From: a virus
Lineage: Duplodnaviria; Caudoviricetes
DNA: 54,989 bases
Strand: one strand, 5' to 3'
IMG/VR virus record: IMGVR_UViG_3300030107_002762
Location: 1-54,989 of that record
Positions 1-9,654 of this stretch are shown in pieces. The first letter of the stretch is position 1. Every line of letters starts with the position of its first letter. The translations under genes and the position numbers were made by a program. Below the pieces are notes generated by a model. The model was not told the DNA's origin, did not search any database, and saw nothing but the letters and a program-made list of their open reading frames with translations.

Positions 1-1157
1 AAAAGAAAACTCTTACTGATTTATTTTTGCCTAGTGATGATTTAAAAATATTAATTGTAAACGTTGAAGCGTTTAGTACTAAAAAAGGTGTAACTTTTGT
101 AGAAAAATTTATTTTAAATCATAATTGTTTAATCGCTGTAGATGAGTCTACTACTATAAAAAACCCTAAAGCTCAACGAACTAAAAATCTTTTAAAACTA
201 GCCGTAAATACAAAGTACCGTAGAATCTTAACTGGTTTTCCTGTTACGCAATCACCATTAGATTTATATAGTCAAAGTGCTTTTTTATCAGACCATTTAT
301 TAGGGTATACGTCTTTTTATTCTTTTCAAAATCGTTACGCTCAACTTATTAATAGAAATATGGGGGCTAGGACATTTAGACAAGTAATTGGTTATCAAAA
401 CTTAGAAGAACTAACTACTAAAGTAAATGGGTTTTCTTACAGAGTTTTGAAAAAAGAATGTTTAGATTTACCTGCTAAAGTTTACCAACGTAGGGAGGTA
501 GAACTAACCCCTGAACAAAAGAAAGTTTATAAAGAATTAAAAGATTATGCGATAGCGGAATTAGAATCTAATGAACTAGTAAGCGTTACTTCTATTTTGA
601 CCCAGATATTAAGATTACATCAGGTAGTTTGTGGTTTCGTTAAACACGATCAAGGGGAAGAAGTAGAAATAAAAAATAATCGTTTAGAAGCTCTTATTGA
701 CGTATTAGCAGAAACTCAAGGCAAAACTATCATTTGGGCTAACTATCAATACGATATTAAAAGAATATTAAAAACGTTACAAGAATTTGTAGGAACAGAA
801 GCGGTGGCTACTTATTACGGAGAAACACCAGATGAAGAACGTCAACAAATAATTAATCGTTTTCAAGACCCTAACTCTAAACTACAGTATTTAATTAGTA
901 ATGTACAAACAGGCGGTTATGGTATTACTTTGACTGCTGCAAGTAATGTTATTTATTACAGTAATAATTATGATTTAGAAAAACGTTTACAATCTGAAGA
1001 TCGTGCTCATCGTATAGGACAAGAAAATAAAGTAACGTATATTGATTTAGTTGCTAAAGGTACGGTTGACGAAAAGATTGTAAAAGCGTTACGTAATAAA
1101 TTAAATCTTGCTCAAGAAGTTTTAGGTGATGAAAAATGGAAAGATTGGATCAGCTAG
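1..1157 (+). CDS. SNF2-family (SF2) helicase, 5' truncated by window edge
   Basis: VDESTTIKN (motif II), LTGFP (III), QTGGYGITLTAA (V), QSEDRAHRIGQ (VI); motif I not present, so the gene starts upstream of the window. Confidence 0.9.
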   Translation, partial: KKTLTDLFLPSDDLKILIVNVEAFSTKKGVTFVEKFILNHNCLIAVDESTTIKNPKAQRTKNLLKLAVNTKYRRILTGFPVTQSPLDLYSQSAFLSDHLLGYTSFYSFQNRYAQLINRNMGARTFRQVIGYQNLEELTTKVNGFSYRVLKKECLDLPAKVYQRREVELTPEQKKVYKELKDYAIAELESNELVSVTSILTQILRLHQVVCGFVKHDQGEEVEIKNNRLEALIDVLAETQGKTIIWANYQYDIKRILKTLQEFVGTEAVATYYGETPDEERQQIINRFQDPNSKLQYLISNVQTGGYGITLTAASNVIYYSNNYDLEKRLQSEDRAHRIGQENKVTYIDLVAKGTVDEKIVKALRNKLNLAQEVLGDEKWKDWIS

Positions 1158-1867
1158 TTTCTTCTATAGTTTCGCATACTTTCTAGAGCTTTCTCTACTT
1201 CTTCATCAGATAAAGTTCTACCTGCTTGACCTAATTTTTTTGCACTATCATATGCACTTTTTAATATAGTTGCAGTATCAGAAATAGTTCTACCACCTTC
1301 AACTGGTTTAATATTATCCATTATTATCTGACGTAATGTATCAGCATCCTTATCTGATTCAACTGGTTTAATATTATCCATTATTATCTGACGTAATGTA
1401 TCAGCATCCTTATCTGATATTGCTCTACCCTCAGCCGCGTACAGCGGTCCACCCATACTTTTATAGCCCATACGGTTTCGTACTTTTTCAGGAAGTTTAC
1501 TTAATCCTGGATTATCTTCGGGAACAGCTTTTAACTCACCACCATCAGCTGCCATACGTGGTTCACGATCATCAGCTTGAGACAACAACATATCAGCTTG
1601 AGCTAATACTGCACGAGCGGAAGCTATATCACCACCTGTTCTACTAACTACTGCTTGAGCTAAAGCTGTTGCATCACCTTCTATACTCATACCACCTTCC
1701 ATAGGGTCCATACGTGGTTCATTAGCAGCCATTCTAGGTTCGCCCATAGAAACAGGTCCTGCCATAGGCGGAGGTCCACCAGCAGCTACTGGAGGTCCTT
1801 GTACAGGAGGTACATCAGTTCTAGTACCTGTCATCATCATATTAGTTAAATCTTCTATACCTGCCAT
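1154..1867 (-). CDS. Putative internal virion protein with low-complexity and repeated motifs
   Basis: Last gene of the late operon; Met/Pro-rich N-terminus, xGG motifs, duplicated 20-aa block. Confidence 0.5.
   Translation of the reverse strand: MAGIEDLTNMMMTGTRTDVPPVQGPPVAAGGPPPMAGPVSMGEPRMAANEPRMDPMEGGMSIEGDATALAQAVVSRTGGDIASARAVLAQADMLLSQADDREPRMAADGGELKAVPEDNPGLSKLPEKVRNRMGYKSMGGPLYAAEGRAISDKDADTLRQIIMDNIKPVESDKDADTLRQIIMDNIKPVEGGRTISDTATILKSAYDSAKKLGQAGRTLSDEEVEKALESMRNYRRN
1298..1418. repeat. Perfect 60-bp in-frame tandem duplication
   Basis: 1298-1357 is identical to 1358-1417; encodes SDKDADTLRQIIMDNIKPVE twice. Confidence 0.95.
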
Positions 1868-1869
1868 TG

Positions 1870-2250
1870 TTATCTCCTGGGTCTAAAACCGTTTTGAAAC
1901 ATTTGTGTTGTCATTTTATCACCTTGTTCGCTCATCGGCAACTGCATAATACCTCTACGGTTAATTTGTCCACCATTAGCAAATCTTTTTTCTATGCCTA
2001 AATTAGCTTGGTCATTACCAAAATCATAAGTAAAAGTGCTTGTTACGTTGTTATCTAGATTTTTAGAAAATTCTAATTTGTTATCTAATAAACCTGCAAT
2101 ACCTTTTTCTATAGCACCAACCTCACGGTCTAGGTAATTAGCAATATCTGTTTCATATTGATCAGTAGCAGTAGTACGAGCAATATTCGCTTCTCGTCTA
2201 AGGTCTGTAACCGCTAGGGTATCGAATAAATTTTTATAAAAATTAGTCAT
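1870..2250 (-). CDS. Hypothetical protein, probable internal virion protein
   Basis: Tightly packed in the operon; FANGG motif. Confidence 0.5.
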   Translation of the reverse strand: MTNFYKNLFDTLAVTDLRREANIARTTATDQYETDIANYLDREVGAIEKGIAGLLDNKLEFSKNLDNNVTSTFTYDFGNDQANLGIEKRFANGGQINRRGIMQLPMSEQGDKMTTQMFQNGFRPRR

Positions 2251-2252
2251 TA

Positions 2253-5200
2253 TCAGTTTGTTAGTTGATTGAATGCTTTTATTATTTCTTCTGGGATGTT
2301 TAATGTATCTCTTGTAGGTAACACCTCTCTAGTATCTCTTTTTTCTACAGGGTCATAATATTTTAATTGATCACCAATATCATTAACCACAACTGAGTGA
2401 TGAGTATTAGCTATTCTAATAAAATTATTAATTCTCTTTCTATTAGTAATTGCTGATACATAAGCATCAAATAATTTTTCGTCCATTAAAAGTTCACCTA
2501 AAAACGCTTGGTTTCTTTGACCTATGGTACGTTCTATTGCCGTAGTTTGTCTACCTATTCTTGTTAACGGTGGAATAATCATTCGTTTTAAAAAGTTTAT
2601 CTGTGGATCACCTAATTGTGCAGCTAATTCAGCTCTATTAAATACTTCTGAAGTCATACGGTCTGACTGTCTAGTTGCCATATCTCGTAAAACTTTTAAA
2701 TTTTTAATAAATTTAGGACTTTCATCACCTAATAATCGTCCAAAAACTCCTTCAAAAGATAAATCTAAACCAATTATATCTTTGCGACCAAAACCATCAT
2801 TAAGTAAGCTATCTAGTTTATTTAAATCTAATAAACCATCAGCATCAGTTAAACGTATGTTTATATAGGATTTAGTAGCGTTAGCTATTTCTTTTTTTAA
2901 CTCAGCATTATCTGCAACTAAATCTTCAATAAATTTAATATCATCAATAAGTTCACCACTAGCTTTTTGATCAGGTCCTGCTCCTAAAATTCTAGTAACA
3001 ATATTTATGGGTTCACCCGTACCAAACCTTTGTTCAGCTAAACGTAAACCACGTTCTAATTTTTCTATAGGTTGTATAACTTGTTTTTGTATATTAGCTC
3101 CACTAAATTGAGCTATATCTTTACCGAATAATTCTTGTAAAGTACCTTTATTAGTTTGTAAAAAAGTTTTGTAATTTGCTGCTAAATTACCTGCGGTATC
3201 GTCAGCTAAATCTAAAAAATTTGTCCTAATATAATCTAAAGTTAGTTTTTGTAAATTAGCTAATTGTCCTTGATTACCTGACTTTTTAAAAAATTCTACT
3301 AAACTTTTTACTCTACTATTACTGTCTGCGTTTTTTGTATTAGTAGAAAAAATATAATTAACTACAGACTCTGGTTGTTGTCTACTTAAATTTACAATAA
3401 TCTCTTGATTAGCTAGTTCGGTGCCTACTTTTTGTGCTTGGAAAATATTTTGTATTTCGTCTGCTCGTTTTACTCCTATATTTCTTTTCATAAAGTTATA
3501 AATCTCTCCTTCAATAGCGTCTTGTAAATTTTTAGTCGCTTGAAAAACTCGTTGATCTACCGCTTTTTGTGGGTTTAACGTGTTCCTATAACTATTTAAA
3601 TCCATTCTTAATTGATTTAATTCAGGTAAAGTAATATCACCATTGTTATATCTAGTTAAGCGGTCTCTAGCTTCTTCAGAAAAAAGTTCATAATAAGTAT
3701 TTTCAGTTTTTTTGCCTCCAGCAGTAAATAGTTTACTTTTATTAATATTTTCGAAAGCTGACATTTCTTTTCTAATTTCTCTAGCAGAAATCGTACCGCC
3801 TAATTCTGGTATATTAATAGCTTCGTTTACATTGTTAGCTAATTGTTCTTTATATTCTCTAGCAGCAGCATTAATTTCAGTAGTAAATCGATTGTATAAT
3901 TTACTACTGGCTTGTTCGTCAAAAACTTCGTTTAATAAATTAACACCTTTAGGGGCACCTGCTAATTCTATATTATCTAAAGACTGAGCTAAACGGTTTA
4001 TAATATCGTTACCTTGTTCAATAAAATCTAATTTGTTAGCTTCAAAACGTTGCGTTAAATCTTTACCTATTTCGTTAGCGGTACGGCTATTTTGTAAATT
4101 ATCAAATAACCCTGAAAAAAATTTTTGTATTGTTTCTTCATTACCCTGAAGCATTTCATTATAAAATTCTGTATATTTTGGATTACTAGAATTACTTATT
4201 AATAATTGTTCTATATCGTTTATAAATTGTACTTTTGAACCTTTACCTAATGACGGATTATACTTAGGTAAATTTTCACCAATTTCTAAACTTAATTCTT
4301 CAATAGCTTCGTCAATATCTAATAAAGTAATATCTTCTGGTCTACCTGCAACAGTTGGACTTTTTTTACCTTGTTTACTAGCTCGTACTTGTTCTATCGC
4401 TTCTCTAATTTTTTTAATTTCTGCTGCACCTACGTCTTTACCTGTTATTGCTCGATATAATTTAGGTGCACCGTTTAAAAATGTATCGATAGTTTGGTTT
4501 CCTGCAAACGCTAATAAACCAATCCAACCTGCTTCGTTTAACATATCAGCAAATTCCATATCATGAGCGTTATAACTAGCCCCAATCATACGTTGTATTA
4601 ATTGCGTACCTGCCGCTCCCCCTGCTAATATTATATTACCTGTAACACTTTCTAATATTTTTTTAACAGGACCTGTATTAGCACTAGGAATTTTTTTCAA
4701 AAAATCATCTAACCTAGTTAAACCTTTTGCTCCAATAAGTACTTCAGCAGCTAAAACGGGACCTTCTTGTAAACCAAACTCTAAAAAATCTCTGGCACCA
4801 ACTAAAGGTGAGTCTAAGATAACAGGAGCTTTACCCTCCTCATCATAACGTAAACCTAATTCTGGTTTACTAGGGTTGATATAACTAAATTTTCCAGGAA
4901 GTTTATCAGCAAACTCTCCTCTTAGGTCTGGATCTGCTTGTAAAGCTAATGTACTAACTCCCATTTTTTCTTTAGCACGATTTAACATTTCAGGAGTAAG
5001 CGATCTAGGAGCTCCAAAAGCTAAAAGCGATTTAAATTTTGTTATACCGTCAAAATCTAATTCTTTAGCAGGGTCAATACCATAACTAGCTATTTCTTGT
5101 GCAGCACTAAGACCGAAAGGTTCATTAGGTTTTAATCTAGCTAAATTCTCTCCTGGACTTAAACTAGGGTTTACGTTAAAAGGATTTAAATTTCTTAAAC

Positions 5201-5528
5201 TAGGACCATCTATTAGTGCTTGTTCATATTCATTTAATCGTGCGGTATAAGCAGGATGACGAGTAGGTATATCATAGTCGATAGGGGGTAAATCATATTT
5301 AGGTATTTTTCTATCTCTAATAATTTGAAAATCAGCTAATTGTTTATCGACTATTTCGTCGCCTAGTTGGGTTCTAGCTAATGCTTGTAGTTCGGGATCA
5401 GCTTTTAAAGCTGCAATTTTTAATTCATCGGGAGAAAAAATAGAAGAAAAAGTTAAATTAGGGTTAACTACTAACGCTCGATTACCAACTTCCGTTGCAG
5501 TTAAATTTAATCTTTCTTCAAAAGTCAT
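2253..5528 (-). CDS. Large internal virion / DNA ejection protein
   Basis: 1091 aa, predicted helical, hydrophobic Ala/Gly stretches near aa 250-345; podovirus ejectosome position. Confidence 0.6.
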   Translation of the reverse strand: MTFEERLNLTATEVGNRALVVNPNLTFSSIFSPDELKIAALKADPELQALARTQLGDEIVDKQLADFQIIRDRKIPKYDLPPIDYDIPTRHPAYTARLNEYEQALIDGPSLRNLNPFNVNPSLSPGENLARLKPNEPFGLSAAQEIASYGIDPAKELDFDGITKFKSLLAFGAPRSLTPEMLNRAKEKMGVSTLALQADPDLRGEFADKLPGKFSYINPSKPELGLRYDEEGKAPVILDSPLVGARDFLEFGLQEGPVLAAEVLIGAKGLTRLDDFLKKIPSANTGPVKKILESVTGNIILAGGAAGTQLIQRMIGASYNAHDMEFADMLNEAGWIGLLAFAGNQTIDTFLNGAPKLYRAITGKDVGAAEIKKIREAIEQVRASKQGKKSPTVAGRPEDITLLDIDEAIEELSLEIGENLPKYNPSLGKGSKVQFINDIEQLLISNSSNPKYTEFYNEMLQGNEETIQKFFSGLFDNLQNSRTANEIGKDLTQRFEANKLDFIEQGNDIINRLAQSLDNIELAGAPKGVNLLNEVFDEQASSKLYNRFTTEINAAAREYKEQLANNVNEAINIPELGGTISAREIRKEMSAFENINKSKLFTAGGKKTENTYYELFSEEARDRLTRYNNGDITLPELNQLRMDLNSYRNTLNPQKAVDQRVFQATKNLQDAIEGEIYNFMKRNIGVKRADEIQNIFQAQKVGTELANQEIIVNLSRQQPESVVNYIFSTNTKNADSNSRVKSLVEFFKKSGNQGQLANLQKLTLDYIRTNFLDLADDTAGNLAANYKTFLQTNKGTLQELFGKDIAQFSGANIQKQVIQPIEKLERGLRLAEQRFGTGEPINIVTRILGAGPDQKASGELIDDIKFIEDLVADNAELKKEIANATKSYINIRLTDADGLLDLNKLDSLLNDGFGRKDIIGLDLSFEGVFGRLLGDESPKFIKNLKVLRDMATRQSDRMTSEVFNRAELAAQLGDPQINFLKRMIIPPLTRIGRQTTAIERTIGQRNQAFLGELLMDEKLFDAYVSAITNRKRINNFIRIANTHHSVVVNDIGDQLKYYDPVEKRDTREVLPTRDTLNIPEEIIKAFNQLTN

Positions 5529-5529
5529 A

Positions 5530-7146
5530 CTAAATATCTTCTACGTTTAGTTGAAAATCTAAAATATTTTCTGGTTCATCTTTTTTTGTTGTCGAACCAG
5601 TAGATTCTCTATATCTTGGTCGATTTATAAATTCTTGATAAACGTCTTCTTTTCCAAAACGATCTGCAAAGTTTTTACGTTTATACGTTGATGTATCTTG
5701 ACCGTCAGTAAATTCAAAATAATATTCAAAAAGATTTAACATTCTATCAGAGTATTTATCTCCTGTTTTAAACCTTGGTAAACGACCGACTGCTAAAGTT
5801 GAAGCTAATCCTGCATCATTTTGTTCTATTGTTGTTTCTATAAACTCTACTAAATTACTATATAAAACTTCAGCGTTTTGCGTAGCTCCGAAACCTATTT
5901 GTTGTAAAAAGAACGCTAAATCTTTATCTGATAATGTTCTACCAGTTTGTCCTGCAGTAGCTGCGGCACTATAAGCTAATTGTAATAATAAACTTCTAGT
6001 TCTAACTTCAGCAAACGCTAAATCTCCTAACGCTTCTTTTATAGTGTTAAATTTACCCGTTGCTGCCATTGCTCCTGATTTATCAAACTGTTCTATCGCT
6101 GCATCTATTTCCGCTTGATTACCGCTTCGTAATGCTTCAATTAATGCTAAAGCATTTTGTCCTGTGCCTTGTCGACCTATACTTCCTCCAATACCTTGAC
6201 TAACATCTACGGGCGTAGCGAATAACTTTTCGCCTCCTGTTGTTACATAAATTTGTTCAAAATTTGATAAGATACTATCAGCAGCTTTTCCTAAATTAGC
6301 TACTAAAGTAGTTGGATTCATTGCAGGGTCGTCTATACCCTCCTGTAATAAATCTAATGCTGCATTACCAGCGACTAAAAATCTCAAAGTATTAGTATCT
6401 TGTTCTTGTATTTTTAAATCTAATTCATCAAATTTTGATAAACCTACTTTATCTAATTTATTAAAATCAAGAGTTTCTTCTAAAACTTTTACGTCTACAA
6501 AATTTGTATCTGGTAATTCCAAAACATTTATATATTCAGTTCTATCGTCATTTAATACAGAATAACCTTTTTTAGGATCGAATTTACCTTGGCGAATATC
6601 CATGATACCGTATTTTGCTTTTTCTTGATCTACTAAAGTTACTCGTTGATCAGGTTCATCTTTTATTTGTTGTGCGATAAAATTTTGTCTAGCAGTTTCA
6701 GTAAGGTTAGCACGGTCGCTTCTAGCTTTATCAAAAGAACTAGCGGTATTAATAAATGCTGCTAGTTCTTGGTCATTATCAGTAAGTAACGCAGGTAAAT
6801 ATTGCGTAGCTAAATCTCCAATACGTTGACCTGTGGTTTGTGTTCTTCTAGGACCGTAAATTTGTTCAGCTAAGTATTCTGCTTTCGCTAAATCACTAGC
6901 GTCTTCATCAGGAACAGGTAAGGGGTCTGCTTTACTAGAAAATAATTTATCGGCTAAAAAACTTAAACCTACTGGTGCAAGATATGCTAACGGATTTATA
7001 TCGTCTCTCGGCGGGGTAGTAAACGTTCTACCACTAACGTTAGGAAATCTAGGAGCCGTAGGAGTTAAAGTAACAGGTGTAATACCACCTGCTGTATCAC
7101 CACCGAACGTTGGAAAAGGACGTAAACCTGCTATACCGTTAGTCAT
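5530..7146 (-). CDS. Internal virion / ejection protein
   Basis: Position in the ejection gene cluster; helical; GRTLSDKD motif. Confidence 0.55.
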   Translation of the reverse strand: MTNGIAGLRPFPTFGGDTAGGITPVTLTPTAPRFPNVSGRTFTTPPRDDINPLAYLAPVGLSFLADKLFSSKADPLPVPDEDASDLAKAEYLAEQIYGPRRTQTTGQRIGDLATQYLPALLTDNDQELAAFINTASSFDKARSDRANLTETARQNFIAQQIKDEPDQRVTLVDQEKAKYGIMDIRQGKFDPKKGYSVLNDDRTEYINVLELPDTNFVDVKVLEETLDFNKLDKVGLSKFDELDLKIQEQDTNTLRFLVAGNAALDLLQEGIDDPAMNPTTLVANLGKAADSILSNFEQIYVTTGGEKLFATPVDVSQGIGGSIGRQGTGQNALALIEALRSGNQAEIDAAIEQFDKSGAMAATGKFNTIKEALGDLAFAEVRTRSLLLQLAYSAAATAGQTGRTLSDKDLAFFLQQIGFGATQNAEVLYSNLVEFIETTIEQNDAGLASTLAVGRLPRFKTGDKYSDRMLNLFEYYFEFTDGQDTSTYKRKNFADRFGKEDVYQEFINRPRYRESTGSTTKKDEPENILDFQLNVEDI

Positions 7147-7148
7147 AA

Positions 7149-8492
7149 TTAAAAGTACCCTGCGTTACCTAAATTAGGAAGTGTTGAATAATTTACTGCG
7201 GGCATCATCATTGGTGGATTTAAACTAGGCAATCCTGCAGCAGGAGCACCTATACTTCCAGGAAGAGTATTTTGTCCAGGAAGACCACCTATATTAGGAG
7301 CAAAAGCTCCTACCGTTGGTTGTGAACCTCCAGCAAAACCATAACCACCTGCTAACGGTCCTAATGAAGCGGTTAATGCTCCAACATTTTGTAATGTTTG
7401 CATTGGTAAATTGTATTGACCTACAAAATTTTGATATGCTAAATCTAATAAAGACTGTTCTCTGCCTCTACCTAGTCCACCAAGAGCCATTTGTTGACTT
7501 ATATCTTGTGCTTGTAAAGCAGGTAATGTAGTAGCTAATCCTTGATATTGTTGTCCTAATGCTCCTAACCCTTGACCTAAACGTTGTCCTAAATTAGCTA
7601 AACCAGCACCGCCTTGTAAGCCCATACCAAACTCAGCTTGTCCAAGTCTACCTAATTGTTGACCCTGTCTTAACGCGGCTTGAGCTTCGGCACTACCTAA
7701 CTGTCCTTCTCTAGCAGCTAATTGTCCTTGTAAACCTGCTAACCCTAATTGTCTACGTTGCTGAGCTTCAAACGCTTGTTGAGCAGCATTTCTAGCTCCT
7801 TCAAAACCTTGACTACGAATTGCTCCTACTTGTTGAGCGGCACCTCTTGCCGCATCTTCAGCTAATTCTTCTTGAGTTAATCTAGAACGAGCACCACCAA
7901 AAGCTCCTGCTCCTATCGCTTGGTCGCGTAAACCAATATCGGCTTTACCAAAACGTTCAGTAATATCATCTAATGTTTGCTGTACTACTTGTTCTTCAAA
8001 AGGGTTATAGAAATTACTAACTTGTTGGTTAGGGTTGAATATTCCTGTTGAGCCATAACCACTAAGTTCTGCTCTACCTAAACCACCACGAGCAGCAGAA
8101 AAATCAGGACCTGCTCCTCTAGTAAATCCTGCTGCTTCTCCTGTTAGCCCACGTCCTGCTGCTAATCCTGCAGAAATATTTCGTCCACCTATATCAGCAG
8201 CACTACGCATAGTGCCTGTCGCTTCGGATAATAAATTTCTTTGTTGATTTAAAAAAGGTTGATAACTGCCAATACCTTGATCGGCTAATTGCATACCTCT
8301 AATTTCTCTAGGGTCAAAATCAGCTACCCGTTGACCTGTATAGGTAAATGGGCTAGTGTCATCGCCACCTAATTGTCCAAACTGTTGTCGTAAAAACCCT
8401 TGAGCAAGAGGAAAAATATCTTTTTGTAAAAAATCGCCTATATAACCCGCGGGGGCTTGGGTCGAATATTCTTGTTCTTCTCTACTAGCCAT
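7149..8492 (-). CDS. Gln/Gly/Ala-rich DNA pilot / ejection protein
   Basis: YTGQRVADF, GAGAFGGAR and QQ/LG-rich helices typical of podovirus ejection proteins. Confidence 0.65.
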   Translation of the reverse strand: MASREEQEYSTQAPAGYIGDFLQKDIFPLAQGFLRQQFGQLGGDDTSPFTYTGQRVADFDPREIRGMQLADQGIGSYQPFLNQQRNLLSEATGTMRSAADIGGRNISAGLAAGRGLTGEAAGFTRGAGPDFSAARGGLGRAELSGYGSTGIFNPNQQVSNFYNPFEEQVVQQTLDDITERFGKADIGLRDQAIGAGAFGGARSRLTQEELAEDAARGAAQQVGAIRSQGFEGARNAAQQAFEAQQRRQLGLAGLQGQLAAREGQLGSAEAQAALRQGQQLGRLGQAEFGMGLQGGAGLANLGQRLGQGLGALGQQYQGLATTLPALQAQDISQQMALGGLGRGREQSLLDLAYQNFVGQYNLPMQTLQNVGALTASLGPLAGGYGFAGGSQPTVGAFAPNIGGLPGQNTLPGSIGAPAAGLPSLNPPMMMPAVNYSTLPNLGNAGYF

Positions 8493-9570
8493 ATTTTCTA
8501 TTACCTTGTTTATTAAATTTTTCTAACATAGCGATACCTTTCTGATGATTGCCTTTACCTAGATGTTTTACCGCAGCGTTAGATAACATAAATTCACCGT
8601 CACTAGCCATAACAGGTATTAGATCATCTTTAGGACCTCCTGGACCTTCAATATCGCCACCATCTAACATAGGTTTAAACATAGGTCTATCTAACGTTCC
8701 GCCGTTTTTAAAACCTCTACTACCTGCAAAAGCCGTACCAGTTATCGGTCGTATATTTCTTAAATAATCTCGTTTTGTACCTAAACCACCTGCAGGTAAT
8801 GTATTTGTTGATTGTATAGTAACTCTACGAGTAGGTTCGTCCTCTCCTAAAATTTCACTAGCTAAACGTTGTCCTAATGCGGTGCCTATTTGATTTATAG
8901 AACCCGCAAATAATTCTTGTGTTTCAGGTGAAAAACGACTCATAAAACTATCGAAACGTTCTCTTAATGTAGGATTTAAAGTAGCGTCTAAAGAAGCTAA
9001 ACCAGTTTCCTTCATTAAATCACCATCTATTTGTATAGGCATAGAACTAGTACTATCGTATAAATCTACATCTTTAGTTTGTTTAAAATCTATATCAGGA
9101 ATTAAATCCATAATACCTGTTTTTTCAGGTCCTTCTGCTAATAAAATTTTTTTAAATTCTTCTAATTCTTTAGCGTCTAAATCTAACAAACCACCCTCTT
9201 TCTCAAATTTAGCTATAAGTTCTTCAATACTTAATTCACCGCCATTAGCAGCATTTAGGGCTCCACCAATAGCCATTCCTGCAATACCAAGTTTACTTAA
9301 ATCGCTAAGATTTATTCCTGCGTCTTGTAACATGGTTAAAATTTCTTCTTCCTCTCTTGCAGGTTTAGCAGGATCATCATAAGTAAATTCTCCAAATTCT
9401 TTTACTTGACTGCCTTCCACGGGAGTAATTTGTGCGTCAGGTCCAGGAGATAAACTAGGTGCAGTACCTGCTCCAATAGAAGTCGGTTGTTCAGGTTCAC
9501 CTAAAATTTTATTAGTAGCAACATTTGTTGCTACTCCTACAGCTATTTGAGCTAGTATATTTCCTAACAT
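8485..9570 (-). CDS. Internal virion protein
   Basis: C-terminal GGDIEGPGGPKDDLIPVMASDGEFM motif; several xGG motifs. Confidence 0.55.
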   Translation of the reverse strand: MLGNILAQIAVGVATNVATNKILGEPEQPTSIGAGTAPSLSPGPDAQITPVEGSQVKEFGEFTYDDPAKPAREEEEILTMLQDAGINLSDLSKLGIAGMAIGGALNAANGGELSIEELIAKFEKEGGLLDLDAKELEEFKKILLAEGPEKTGIMDLIPDIDFKQTKDVDLYDSTSSMPIQIDGDLMKETGLASLDATLNPTLRERFDSFMSRFSPETQELFAGSINQIGTALGQRLASEILGEDEPTRRVTIQSTNTLPAGGLGTKRDYLRNIRPITGTAFAGSRGFKNGGTLDRPMFKPMLDGGDIEGPGGPKDDLIPVMASDGEFMLSNAAVKHLGKGNHQKGIAMLEKFNKQGNRKYG

Positions 9571-9654
9571 TATTTCCTCTGCGTTTATTAACGTATTAGC
9601 GAGTTAAAGCCCATCTCGTAAGCTGCAGTTCAGTACTGACAATTCGATTATACT

